A stretch of DNA of 64,000 bases from Elusimicrobiales bacterium (GTDB taxonomy: Bacteria > Elusimicrobiota > Elusimicrobia > Elusimicrobiales > Elusimicrobiaceae), in the NCBI GenBank assembly GCA_028688475.1, contig JAQTYB010000002.1, positions 10,126 to 74,125 on the forward strand, in the 5' to 3' direction. How positions within the stretch are numbered: the stretch's first letter is position 1; every line of letters begins with the position of its first letter. Shown here in pieces: positions 1 to 9,037 of this stretch. The notes under the pieces were generated by a model, which did no database searches, was not told the DNA's origin, and saw nothing but the letters and a program-made list of their open reading frames with translations. The position numbers and the translations under genes were made by a program.

Positions 1-1
1 G

Positions 2-169
2 GACAACGGGTTTCTGCACCCGATAGCGACTCTGCCGCTGATGATATACACCTACGCCGTCTCGCCTTACGAGGACTGGCATAATCAGGCCTGGGCGGCG
101 GCGCTGATATTGCTGGCGATAGTGCTGGCCGCCAATGTCACGGCCCGGCTGGCTTTGAGGAAAACCTGA
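2..169 (+). CDS. pstA: phosphate ABC transporter permease PstA, C-terminal fragment (5' end outside window)
   Basis: Frame-2 translation [55 protein letters not shown] looks like the last TM segment of PstA. Its stop overlaps the pstB start (TGATG at 167-171). Confidence 0.65.
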   Translation, partial: DNGFLHPIATLPLMIYTYAVSPYEDWHNQAWAAALILLAIVLAANVTARLALRKT

Positions 170-942
170 TGGAAATCATGGATACGCCCGAAGAAACCGT
201 CATAGAAATACGCGGGCTCTGCGCCGGCTACGGCTGCGGAGACTCCATCCGCAATGTCCATATTCCGCTGCGAAAAAACCGGATAACCGCAATCATCGGC
301 CCGTCGGGCTGCGGCAAGTCCACGCTCATCCGCTGCGTCAACCGCATGCACGAGGAATGCAAGTCGGCCACGGTGCGCGGCGAGGTATTGCTGGCGGGCC
401 GCAACATTCTCGACATGGACCCCGTGCTGCTGCGCCGCCGCGTCGGCATGGTATTCCAGCGCCCGAACCCGTTTCCATCAATGTCCATCCACGGCAACGT
501 GGCCGCCGGCCCCGTCCTCAACGGCATGAAAAAAGGCGCGGCTCTCGATGAAATAGTGGAGACCAGCCTCCGCCAGGCCGCGCTTTGGGACGAGGTGAAA
601 GACAAGCTGCGCCAGTCCGCCGCCAATCTTTCCGGCGGCCAGCAGCAGCGGCTGTGCATAGCGCGGGCGCTGGCGGTGGACCCGCAGGTCCTGCTGCTCG
701 ACGAGCCCTGTTCCGCGCTGGACCCCATCGCCACCGCTCGCATAGAGGAATTGCTGCTGGAATTGAAAAACCGCCTGACAATAGCTATAGTGACTCATAA
801 CATGCAGCAGGCAGCGCGCGTGTCCGACTATACGGCGTTCATGCTGCTGGGCGACCTGGTGGAATTCGGGCCGACCGACATGATTTTCACCAACCCGTCC
901 GATTCCCGGACGCAGGACTATATCACAGGCCGTTTCGGCTGA
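169..942 (+). CDS. pstB: phosphate ABC transporter ATP-binding protein PstB
   Basis: 257-aa ORF with Walker [10 protein letters not shown], signature LSGGQQQRL, Walker B LLLDEP and the PstB-type C-terminus DYITGRFG. It lies between pstA and phoU. Confidence 0.95.
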   Translation: MEIMDTPEETVIEIRGLCAGYGCGDSIRNVHIPLRKNRITAIIGPSGCGKSTLIRCVNRMHEECKSATVRGEVLLAGRNILDMDPVLLRRRVGMVFQRPNPFPSMSIHGNVAAGPVLNGMKKGAALDEIVETSLRQAALWDEVKDKLRQSAANLSGGQQQRLCIARALAVDPQVLLLDEPCSALDPIATARIEELLLELKNRLTIAIVTHNMQQAARVSDYTAFMLLGDLVEFGPTDMIFTNPSDSRTQDYITGRFG

Positions 943-956
943 CAGGAGAGGGCGCA

Positions 957-1637
957 ATGCACAGGCATTTCGAGGACGCGGAAGAAGAACTGAAACAGCG
1001 GCTGCTCCGCATGGGCGGGCTGGTGGAGGATATGCTCAGCTACGCCGGCAAGGGCCTGCTGGAAAAAGACGAAACCGCCCTGAAAAAAGTCTACGAAACG
1101 GAAGCCGAGGTGAACCGCCTGCATATCGAGCTTGACGACAGGGCGCTCAAGCTCATCGCGCTGCACCAGCCCGCGGCGGCGGATGTGCGTTTCACCGTGG
1201 CCTGCATAAAAATCAATTCGGACCTGGAGCGCATAGGCGACCAGGCGATGAACATCGCGCAAAACACCGAAATATTTCTTAAGCGCCCGCCGCTAGCCCA
1301 CACTTTCGTGGCGCTGCCGCGCATGGTGGAACTGGCCGCCTCCATGCTTAAAAACAGCCTCGACGCTTTCGTGGGCAAAAATGTTGAGCTGGCCGGCGCC
1401 GTGCTGTCCAGCGACACCGAGGAGGACCGGCTGAAAAGCGCGGTTTTTCACGCCGTGATGGGCCTGATGCAAAATGACGCCTCGACTGTGCAAAGCGCGC
1501 TTTGTATAATGCTGATAGCCAGGAACCTGGAGCGCATAGCCGACCATGCCACGAATATTTCCGAAGATGTCATTTTCATGGTGCGCGGAACAGACGTCCG
1601 CCACCACTCCGCCGGAACCAGCAAGATCGGCGCATAA
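957..1637 (+). CDS. phoU: phosphate signalling regulator PhoU
   Basis: 226-aa ORF with both PhoU repeats (DLERIGDQAMNIA and NLERIADHATNISE). It starts 15 nt after pstB. Confidence 0.9.
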   Translation: MHRHFEDAEEELKQRLLRMGGLVEDMLSYAGKGLLEKDETALKKVYETEAEVNRLHIELDDRALKLIALHQPAAADVRFTVACIKINSDLERIGDQAMNIAQNTEIFLKRPPLAHTFVALPRMVELAASMLKNSLDAFVGKNVELAGAVLSSDTEEDRLKSAVFHAVMGLMQNDASTVQSALCIMLIARNLERIADHATNISEDVIFMVRGTDVRHHSAGTSKIGA

Positions 1638-1665
1638 CTTCACCGGATTTGCCAAACCGGCGGTT

Positions 1666-2352
1666 ATGCTGGCCGTTCTGGCGGCATTGTGCGCCTGCGC
1701 GCCTTGTTTTCCTCCAAAAACCGCGCAGCCGGAGTTTGCGGGCGTCCCCGCCTACTATCTCCGGCAGGCGCAGATGGATTCGCTGCAACTGCCGCCGCCT
1801 CCGGCGCCGGGGTCCGAGATTGATATGGCCGATATGGGCGCGGTGCATCAGTGGCAGACCAGGCGCACCACCGCGGAATGCGCGCGGGCGCTTTCCGAAG
1901 CGGATGCCACTTACGAACAGTTTTACGGCGCCATAAGCCCTTTCCCAAAGCCGCCGCAGCAGCAGGTCTCGGACTTCCTAAACCGGTTGGAGACGGATGC
2001 CTCTGTCGCCACGACGCGTTTCAAAGAATTTTACAAGCGTCAGCGCCCTTTCATGCGCGATAAAACGGTTCATACCTGCGTCAAGGTCGTTCCTTCATGG
2101 TCCTATCCCAGCGGGCACACCGTGATAGCGCGGCTCACCGCGCTGGCGCTGTCTGACCTGGTTCCCGCGCGGCGCGCCGAGTTCATGGCGCGGGCCGACG
2201 AAGCGGCGCTGGACCGCGTCATCGCCGGAGTTCATCATCCCGCAGACCTCGCCGCCGGAAAACAGCTTGCCGACGAGATTTATCCCCTGCTGCTCAAAAA
2301 TCCCGCCTTCGCGGCGGATATGGAGCAGGCCCGCCTCTCGCTGGCGAAGTGA
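1666..2352 (+). CDS. PAP2-family (class A acid) phosphatase, probable lipoprotein
   Basis: ORF 1546-2352 trimmed to in-frame ATG 1666 (MLAVLAALCAC signal), because the longer form overlaps phoU. PAP2 motifs are present: K-x6-RP (KEFYKRQRP), PSGHT and R-x5-H-x3-D (RVIAGVHHPAD). Confidence 0.75.
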   Translation: MLAVLAALCACAPCFPPKTAQPEFAGVPAYYLRQAQMDSLQLPPPPAPGSEIDMADMGAVHQWQTRRTTAECARALSEADATYEQFYGAISPFPKPPQQQVSDFLNRLETDASVATTRFKEFYKRQRPFMRDKTVHTCVKVVPSWSYPSGHTVIARLTALALSDLVPARRAEFMARADEAALDRVIAGVHHPADLAAGKQLADEIYPLLLKNPAFAADMEQARLSLAK

Positions 2353-4196
2353 AATTCGCTCAAAAACCTGATTGCGATGAAAAGCAGCGCGCACAGCGAC
2401 AGCGCCGCGCCCGCTAAAAGTGAAAGCGGCCTGTAACGGAAAACCACTTCGTGTTTCCCTGACGGCACCCGCACCGCGCTGAAAATGCCGTTATAAGTTT
2501 CCAGCGGCGCGGTTTTGCCGTCAATGAGCGCTTTCCAGCCCGGATAGTAAACCTGCCGCATAACCAGCAGCTGCGGCCTGTCCGCTTCGGTTTCGACACG
2601 CACCGAGTTTCTTCCCGGCTCATAACGCGGCGGCGGCGAACCGCCGTCGAAATACATTAGCGGCCTGGCAGTTTTATTCTCGAAACGCAGAAACTCTATT
2701 TTCCCCGCGGACTGTTTTGCGTCCATGACCAGCGCGATTCCCGCGTCGTCGAGCAGCTTTGCGCGCGCTTGCGGCCTGGTTTCCATGTCAAGCAGGTAAT
2801 CGGCGCAGCTTTTGCTTCGCAGAACCTGATAACTGCGCGCTTCCGCCACGCCGAAAGCCGTGCCGTGGGAGGGCAGCAGCGCTTCTTTTATGAAAACGTA
2901 GTCCCGTTCCGACCCCAGCGCACTGGCTGAAACAGCTTTCTGGAAATCAACCGTGTGGTAAATTCTCGCGCCGCCGTAATCCCGCGCGAAATCCCGCGCC
3001 AGCCGCGGCGTGTCGGTGAAATAGGCGGGTTTCACCCAGGCGAACGTGCTGCGCGCGAAACCGGCGGCGAAAATATCCGCCGCCAGCAGCGCCGCCAGAG
3101 ACAGGCGCAGCGCGGGTTTTTCGACTTTTGCCAGTCCGCGCGCGCAAAGCAGCGCGATGATGAGCAGCGCCGGCAGCAGCCAGTAGGCCGGAAACCGGAA
3201 CACGTTCGTAAACGGCAATGCCGCGTAAAGCGGCGTGGCCGGCCCGAGCGCCAGCGCCAGCAGAACCGCGCAGAGAAAAACGGCGGCGCGTTCGGCTTTT
3301 CCGTTTTTCACGGCGGCGTAAACCGCCAGCGAAAGCGCGGTTATCCCGGCGTAAAAGGCCAGTATTCCGGGGTCCGCGCCGCCGAAATCAGGCGTTTTAA
3401 CCCACGGCGGCACGAGCAGCTGCATTCCCAGTCCGGCCGGCGTGGAGGAATAGACGGCCGCGGTGCTTTTGTCCAGCAGCACGCCCCGCGCCGAGCGCGA
3501 GAGCATTTCCAGAAACGGCAGCGTCTGAGCCGCGTCCAGCGCCAGCGCCAGCAGCGCGCTTTTGAGCAGGAAAACGGTTTTGTCCCTGCCCGAGAAAATC
3601 GCGGCGGCGGCGAAAATCACGGCGGCCATCACGGAGTACGAGGGATATCCCGCCAGCCACAGCATGGCAAACGCCAGCCCCAGCGCGATGGCGGAGCCTT
3701 CAAGATAAAACCACGCGCAAACCGGATACCACGCCAGCGACGCGAAACAAACGCCGAGCGTGCCTTTGGACAGGACCAGCGGATTGAACACGAAAAATGC
3801 CGCGCACGCGGCTGCTGATATTTCGTCGCCGCCCAGCCGCAGGGCGACGCGGTAAAGGAAATAAAACGCCAGCGCGCTGTGAAACAAAATCCAGAACTTC
3901 ATGAATCCGGCGAAACTCAAGAGCAGCCCGAAGAGGAATGGCGGGTAGAGGCTCATGGATTGCGGGTCCGCCAGCAGCGGTTCGCCCATATTCTGCAGCG
4001 GATTCCAGAGCGGCGGCGCGCCGGAGAGAATAGCCGCTTTTACATTCTCGCGCAGCGGATATGTGAGAATAAGCAGATTGCCGTCGGCGGGAAGCAGGCC
4101 GGAGAAAACAAGCCCGCGCCAGGCCGCCGCGAAAAAGACCGCGAAAACAACAGCGGGAAAAAGCAGCGGAAGACATTTTTTTAAGGCTGATTTCAT
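2280..4196 (-). CDS. polytopic membrane protein, YfhO-like GT-C glycosyltransferase family (tentative)
   Basis: 638-aa ORF with many hydrophobic segments followed by a soluble C-terminal domain. The N-terminal region (LILTYPLRENVKAAILSGAPPLWNPLQNMGEPLLADPQ) resembles the YfhO family from memory. The antisense ORFs are Arg-rich junk. Confidence 0.5.
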   Translation of the reverse strand: MKSALKKCLPLLFPAVVFAVFFAAAWRGLVFSGLLPADGNLLILTYPLRENVKAAILSGAPPLWNPLQNMGEPLLADPQSMSLYPPFLFGLLLSFAGFMKFWILFHSALAFYFLYRVALRLGGDEISAAACAAFFVFNPLVLSKGTLGVCFASLAWYPVCAWFYLEGSAIALGLAFAMLWLAGYPSYSVMAAVIFAAAAIFSGRDKTVFLLKSALLALALDAAQTLPFLEMLSRSARGVLLDKSTAAVYSSTPAGLGMQLLVPPWVKTPDFGGADPGILAFYAGITALSLAVYAAVKNGKAERAAVFLCAVLLALALGPATPLYAALPFTNVFRFPAYWLLPALLIIALLCARGLAKVEKPALRLSLAALLAADIFAAGFARSTFAWVKPAYFTDTPRLARDFARDYGGARIYHTVDFQKAVSASALGSERDYVFIKEALLPSHGTAFGVAEARSYQVLRSKSCADYLLDMETRPQARAKLLDDAGIALVMDAKQSAGKIEFLRFENKTARPLMYFDGGSPPPRYEPGRNSVRVETEADRPQLLVMRQVYYPGWKALIDGKTAPLETYNGIFSAVRVPSGKHEVVFRYRPLSLLAGAALSLCALLFIAIRFLSEFHFASERRACSISAAKAGFLSSRG

Positions 4197-4267
4197 GTTG
4201 CCGAGGGTGGAGATATTTTGTTTACTACAGTATCGTAATTTTGCTGTTCAGGGAGCAAGCGCAAAGC

Positions 4268-5185
4268 ATGGAAAACAGCAGTTTTCCGCCTCAACACGGG
4301 AATACGCCGCCGGCCGGGCCGCAGCGCCCGCATGCGCCTCCGGCGCGTCCCTCCGCGTCCCCGCATTCTCCCGCGCCTGCCGCTTCCGGCCCCGCTCCCG
4401 CAGCGCAAACCGCTGTCAATTCTGCGCCGCCTCCGTTACGGGACGCCGGTACCGGAAACGGGCCGCGGACTTTCGCCGATGCCAGGATTATCGTCATCGT
4501 CATGTGCGCGCTGCTGCTGGCCTCCGGCGGCGTCATCTACCGTTATGCTTCCCGCAAAGCGGAGCCGGGCGGGAGCGAGCCCTCCGGTTACGGCAAAGTG
4601 CCAGACCAGTTCCGCGTCCAGCCCGAACCCGTGCGCCTGCCGGCGACTGAAGATGTTCCGCGCGACAGGCTGCTGATTTCAACCGCGTCGCTGCCCGCCG
4701 CCGCGCCGCCCGCGGCGGAACAGGTGCGCCGGCAGGTGGCCGACACCGCGGATGATTTCATCAAGCTTGCTCAGAAATACCGCAACAGGCCCGTCGCAAA
4801 ACAATTCTGGGCCGAAATAAGCGCAGACCCCGTCTTCCAGAAAGCGCTGCAAACGCCGGACAACGCCGGCGCAATGCTGCTGCTGGCGCAGTCGCAGGCT
4901 TCCAGAAACGCCGCCACAGTCGTGAAAAAATATATGGGCAACCCTGATTTCATCCGCCTTGTGCAGGACATCACGCGCGACCCTGATTTCGCCCGCGCCA
5001 TGGGCAGGCTGGGCCCTATGGTCGGCGGCGCGTTGTCGGGCATTCCCGCCAGCCCGTACGGTCCGGTGCCGCCCGGCGTAAGCGCCGCCATTCAAAGCGC
5101 CGTCGGCACGCTGCGGGTGGACCCGGCGGAACTGGGCTCCAACTCCCGTCCCCAATCCGCCCGCGGCGCCCCGACCGGGGAGTAA
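4268..5185 (+). CDS. hypothetical bitopic protein: Pro-rich N-terminus, one TM helix (IIVIVMCALLLASGGVIY), C-terminal domain of unknown function
   Basis: ORF 4241-5185 with ATG 4268 preceded by GGGAG. It is the first gene of the long + strand run and is divergent from the YfhO-like gene. No recognisable domain. Confidence 0.5.
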   Translation: MENSSFPPQHGNTPPAGPQRPHAPPARPSASPHSPAPAASGPAPAAQTAVNSAPPPLRDAGTGNGPRTFADARIIVIVMCALLLASGGVIYRYASRKAEPGGSEPSGYGKVPDQFRVQPEPVRLPATEDVPRDRLLISTASLPAAAPPAAEQVRRQVADTADDFIKLAQKYRNRPVAKQFWAEISADPVFQKALQTPDNAGAMLLLAQSQASRNAATVVKKYMGNPDFIRLVQDITRDPDFARAMGRLGPMVGGALSGIPASPYGPVPPGVSAAIQSAVGTLRVDPAELGSNSRPQSARGAPTGE

Positions 5186-5232
5186 GCGGATAAAACAGTA
5201 TCATTTCTTGCGTTTGCGTCACGAGATATTGA

Positions 5233-6429
5233 ATGGAGAAGGTCGAACTCAGGAAAATGGCGGCAGCCGTGTTTCTTGCTGTGTGTCTCGCAGCGGGGGG
5301 CTACAGGTTATACCGCCGCCACATAAATCTTGCCGCCGCGAATAATGTCGTGCCGCAAATAGTCAGGGAACAGGTTGCCGCGCGGTTTCACCGGAAAGGC
5401 CTGCAAGGCTGTTACCGGAAGGAATGGAGCGCCTGCATACGAAGTTACGACAAAGCCTTAAGGCTGAATCCGCATTCGGCGGTCTATTACTGCAACAGAG
5501 GGCTGGCATATCTGCAAAGCGGCAGGGATGCCGCCGCGGTGAGAGATTTCACCAAGGCTGTAAAACTGGCCCCCGCCGATGAGAGAAATTATGTGGCGCG
5601 CGCCGCGGCTTACGCGGGGCTGGCGGATTTGGAAAAAGCCGAAGAGGACACCAGAACCGCCGCCGGACTTGTCGCCGGCAAACCGGAGGCGGATTTCAGG
5701 CGGTATGAGCAAATGATTTTCGGATATATCGCAAACGGCGAAAAGCAAAAAGCCCTGGAATTTCTGCATACCCCGATGGGTCTTTTGAGCAGTGACTGGC
5801 GTTTTCCCGTTTACAGGGGCATTTTGGCCTGGGATGCGGGACTCTATGACGATGCGGCGAAGGACTTCGCTTATGATTTCATGTCACGGCATCCGGCTAA
5901 TTTCTACAGCCGGAACAAGGGGCGTTTAGCCTGCAACATGGAAAAATATGTTAAACCCGTAGTGTTCAAATACATTGACGCTCTCGCGCGTGGGAATGAA
6001 TATGAAAGCAACCTTCTGAAGGGTGTTGCTCTGGAACAGCTAATCTGTCCCGACTCGACCTACTTCAGCAAAGCCATAGCGCTCAATCCGAAGGATTTCC
6101 GCGCCTACGGGGCGAGAACGGAATATTACCTGCTCGCGGAAAATCCCAGGGCGGTTGACGACGCGGACAGGGCCGTGTACATCAATAAACAGGACCCGCT
6201 GGCGTATATGGTCAGGAACTGCGTGGACAAATACCTGGACAATAGCGGAGAATCAGCTGACGGCTATGCGAACCAGCAGTCGCGGGAATGCCGCATGCTT
6301 TTGCGCGGCCTTATGCAGCCGACCGCGCATGTTTTTTGGGGGAACGAAAAGACTTTGGAGATAGGTCTTGCCAACGTAGCCAGAGCCTGCCGCGCGGGAA
6401 ATCCATGGGCCTGCTCGCTCGATAAATAA
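5233..6429 (+). CDS. TPR-repeat protein, N-terminal membrane anchor or signal
   Basis: 398-aa ORF with clear TPR units (YDKALRLNPHSAVYYCNRGLAYLQSGRDAAAVRDFTKAVKLAPADERNYVARAAAY) and a hydrophobic N-terminus (MAAAVFLAVCLAAGG). Confidence 0.75.
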   Translation: MEKVELRKMAAAVFLAVCLAAGGYRLYRRHINLAAANNVVPQIVREQVAARFHRKGLQGCYRKEWSACIRSYDKALRLNPHSAVYYCNRGLAYLQSGRDAAAVRDFTKAVKLAPADERNYVARAAAYAGLADLEKAEEDTRTAAGLVAGKPEADFRRYEQMIFGYIANGEKQKALEFLHTPMGLLSSDWRFPVYRGILAWDAGLYDDAAKDFAYDFMSRHPANFYSRNKGRLACNMEKYVKPVVFKYIDALARGNEYESNLLKGVALEQLICPDSTYFSKAIALNPKDFRAYGARTEYYLLAENPRAVDDADRAVYINKQDPLAYMVRNCVDKYLDNSGESADGYANQQSRECRMLLRGLMQPTAHVFWGNEKTLEIGLANVARACRAGNPWACSLDK

Positions 6430-6462
6430 CCTGCGCGGACGGCAACATCGGCATCTCAAAGT

Positions 6463-6521
6463 CTGTTCACAATCTTTCGCAGCGAACGGCGCTTGCAGCA
6501 GAATACGGAGATTGTGAACAG
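6463..6521. promoter_or_regulatory. 13-bp perfect inverted repeat CTGTTCACAATCT / AGATTGTGAACAG with a 33-nt spacer, between the TPR gene and gene C
   Basis: Read directly: arms at 6463-6475 and 6509-6521. There is no T-tract afterwards, so it is not a classic terminator. The right arm recurs at 14735-14748. Confidence 0.35.
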
Positions 6522-6586
6522 GCTCTGAGGTCCCGCGGGGTTGAAAGTTCGTCCCGGAGGGGTTATACTTACTGCGAGAGGCGGCT

Positions 6587-7825
6587 ATGGGTGAATTGCA
6601 GCAGAAACGGGAACGCAAGATACTGTTGCTCATGCTCCTGGGATTTGTGGGCACGGGCAGCGGCATCTCCGTGTATCTCGGCGGGCAGGCGCTGCTCGAC
6701 CTGGCCGCGCCGCCGGACAAAAGATTCAGCACCGGCGGCGGGGCGCGCGTTTCCGTAGCCTCGCTGCTGCTTGGTTTGAGCCAGGACAACGATGCAGACA
6801 GCGCGCCGCCCAAGCGCCCTAATTTTTTCGCGGGCCCCACCGCGTTTTTCGTGGATAGCAGCGTTCCCCGCTCCGCCGCGTCCGCCGGCGCAGGAGTTCG
6901 CCGCGGCGTGCCCGCAGCCGGCGCGGATGGCGCAAAATCGGCGGTGATATCGAAGCGGGAAATTCCCATTCCTCCGGCCTCCGCCGGCGGCAAGCCGCGG
7001 CTTGCGGCGGCTCCCTTTGCCGGCATAGGTTCCTCCGGCAAAGGCTCGTCCTCGGGCGGCGCGCTGGCGGGCATGGGCGCGGGCTCTTCCGGAAACAACA
7101 TGCTGTCCGTGAAAGCCTCGGGCGCCGCGGCGCAGAATCCTTCCGACGGCAAGGCTCCGCGCAATAAATCGTTTTCGGCGCTTAAAAATCTCGCCGGCGA
7201 AGCGTTCAAATCCGCCGATACCACGTCCGCTAATTCGGCCAAAAGCGGCATGGACACCGCCTACGGCGCGGTCCGCTCCGACACCGTCGTCTCTTATGAA
7301 AGCCGCCTGGCCGGATTGGACGTGATGAACGGCGCCGTGGCGAGCCTGAAACAAAGCGCTCCCGAATCCCTCAGGGTGGACGCGCCCAAGAGCCTCAAGG
7401 TAGACAACGCCGCCTCCAAGCAAGACCCTTTCAACGCCGCGCTGGATAAAGCCGTCAAGAATATGGACCCTACCTCGGGCGTGATAAACCCCGCGTCCAG
7501 CGGATTGTCCGACACCATGAGCAGCGCCATGGGCGGCGGAGGCGCAAGCGGTTCGTTTTCGGGAAGCTCGGAGGACGGCATGCTCACGGGGTCCATGAAC
7601 CAGGATATAGGAGTGGTGGACGACTCTCTTGATCCCGCGGTGCAGGACTCCATTGAGGAACTGGACGTGTACGGGCAAGGCGGCGAGTACACGCAAAATC
7701 CCGACGGCACCGTTTCCGTGACAATAAATGACAATCCTCCCAGCGAGGCCCTTCTGGAACAGGACGGTTCGGTGATAGCGTTCTCCGACGGCGTGACCGG
7801 AGAGACTTACGTGGATGGCATGTAG
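6587..7825 (+). CDS. hypothetical bitopic low-complexity protein (cluster gene C)
   Basis: 412-aa ORF with an SD (GAGAGG) upstream. N-terminus MGELQQKRERK is followed by a TM helix (ILLLMLLGFVGTGSGISVYLGG), then an Ala/Gly/Ser-rich, Cys-free sequence. Third-codon positions are G/C-rich in this frame. Confidence 0.6.
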   Translation: MGELQQKRERKILLLMLLGFVGTGSGISVYLGGQALLDLAAPPDKRFSTGGGARVSVASLLLGLSQDNDADSAPPKRPNFFAGPTAFFVDSSVPRSAASAGAGVRRGVPAAGADGAKSAVISKREIPIPPASAGGKPRLAAAPFAGIGSSGKGSSSGGALAGMGAGSSGNNMLSVKASGAAAQNPSDGKAPRNKSFSALKNLAGEAFKSADTTSANSAKSGMDTAYGAVRSDTVVSYESRLAGLDVMNGAVASLKQSAPESLRVDAPKSLKVDNAASKQDPFNAALDKAVKNMDPTSGVINPASSGLSDTMSSAMGGGGASGSFSGSSEDGMLTGSMNQDIGVVDDSLDPAVQDSIEELDVYGQGGEYTQNPDGTVSVTINDNPPSEALLEQDGSVIAFSDGVTGETYVDGM

Positions 7826-7974
7826 CCATTTTTGGGTCTTGACAGGCCGGAAAACGCGGGCTAGCCTATTGGCGTAAGATTGAAAATTCGCAGGCGCATC
7901 AACTCTTTGTCCGAGCGGAGGGGTTCCGGGTCGGGCGAGAGGCGGCTTTTTTTACGCCGCGAAAGGAGAATTTT

Positions 7975-8988
7975 ATGGCGGCTGTATTCGCCCGCAAGCC
8001 CAACAACGCCAGATACATCGCGGTGAGCGCGGTGGCCATAGTCCTTGCCATTCTATGGGCCGCCATGCCCGCCAGCGAGCGCGCAGGCGGCGATGTCCGC
8101 CCCGCGCGGTTCAAAGGCCGCGCGGTGAGCCTGAGAAATATTGACGTGCGGCTTGAAGGCCAGGCGGCGGGAATGCCGCTCACGGGCGAAATAACGAACA
8201 ATCCCACCAGACAGCCCCTGTCGGGTTCGTCTCTTTACGGCGTGTCGGACGGCGCTAAATTCGAGGAAGCCGCCGGCAAAGACGCCGGCGCAGCCGCCGC
8301 AACGGCGCAGGACGCTCTCAAGGAGCCGCCCGCGCCTTCGGCGGACGCGGCCGCGGCGCCCTCGTCGGGCGGGGCCGCTCCGGCTCCCGCGTCCCATCCG
8401 GCGGCCAAAAAGCTCAGTTCGGTTCCGGCGTTGAGCGGCGCGTCGGGAGGCGCCACTTCAGGGGCCCCCGTGAGCGGCAGCAAATTTTTCGGCTCCGGCA
8501 ACGGCAAAGCCGAACTGGAAGCCGCCACGCGGCTTAAGGGCGACGTTACGGCGCCGGGCGGAGGCAGGCTGATGGCCTCGCTTCAGAAAACCGAGAATAT
8601 CAGTTCTAAAGCCGCCAAAGACGGCGACAAGGGCGCCGCCGTCGGCGCGTTCGAAGGCGGCAACCGCCTGAGGTCCGATCTCAACGGCGCCCTGGAAAAG
8701 GGCTCGGCCCGCAGCGGCGCGGAGCTTTCGGATGTGGAAGCACAGGTGGCTTCCTTAAAGACCAACGATCCGACGCTCAACAGCGTCAATATCAAGGCGC
8801 CCACTCCGCCCCTGCCCCAGGAGAATATGAAGGACAAACAGGCTGAGATGATAAAGATGATGATAATCCAGATGGCTATCCAGTCCATACTGGGGCCGGT
8901 GTTCGGCTCCGTGGGCCAGATGATATCCGGCGCCGCGGGCACTTCCATGGGCAGCGGAGTGAACAGCAGTTGGAGCGGCGGCCAGTGA
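7975..8988 (+). CDS. hypothetical bitopic low-complexity protein (cluster gene D)
   Basis: 337-aa ORF with SD AAGGAG 7 nt upstream. It has an N-terminal TM helix (YIAVSAVAIVLAILWAAM), an Ala/Gly/Ser/Pro-rich body and a hydrophobic C-terminal motif AEMIKMMIIQMAIQSILGPVF. Confidence 0.6.
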   Translation: MAAVFARKPNNARYIAVSAVAIVLAILWAAMPASERAGGDVRPARFKGRAVSLRNIDVRLEGQAAGMPLTGEITNNPTRQPLSGSSLYGVSDGAKFEEAAGKDAGAAAATAQDALKEPPAPSADAAAAPSSGGAAPAPASHPAAKKLSSVPALSGASGGATSGAPVSGSKFFGSGNGKAELEAATRLKGDVTAPGGGRLMASLQKTENISSKAAKDGDKGAAVGAFEGGNRLRSDLNGALEKGSARSGAELSDVEAQVASLKTNDPTLNSVNIKAPTPPLPQENMKDKQAEMIKMMIIQMAIQSILGPVFGSVGQMISGAAGTSMGSGVNSSWSGGQ

Positions 8989-9037
8989 TGGGTTGCGCGC
9001 CGCGGGCAGCGATTTGCAAACATAACCGGGAGGGTGT

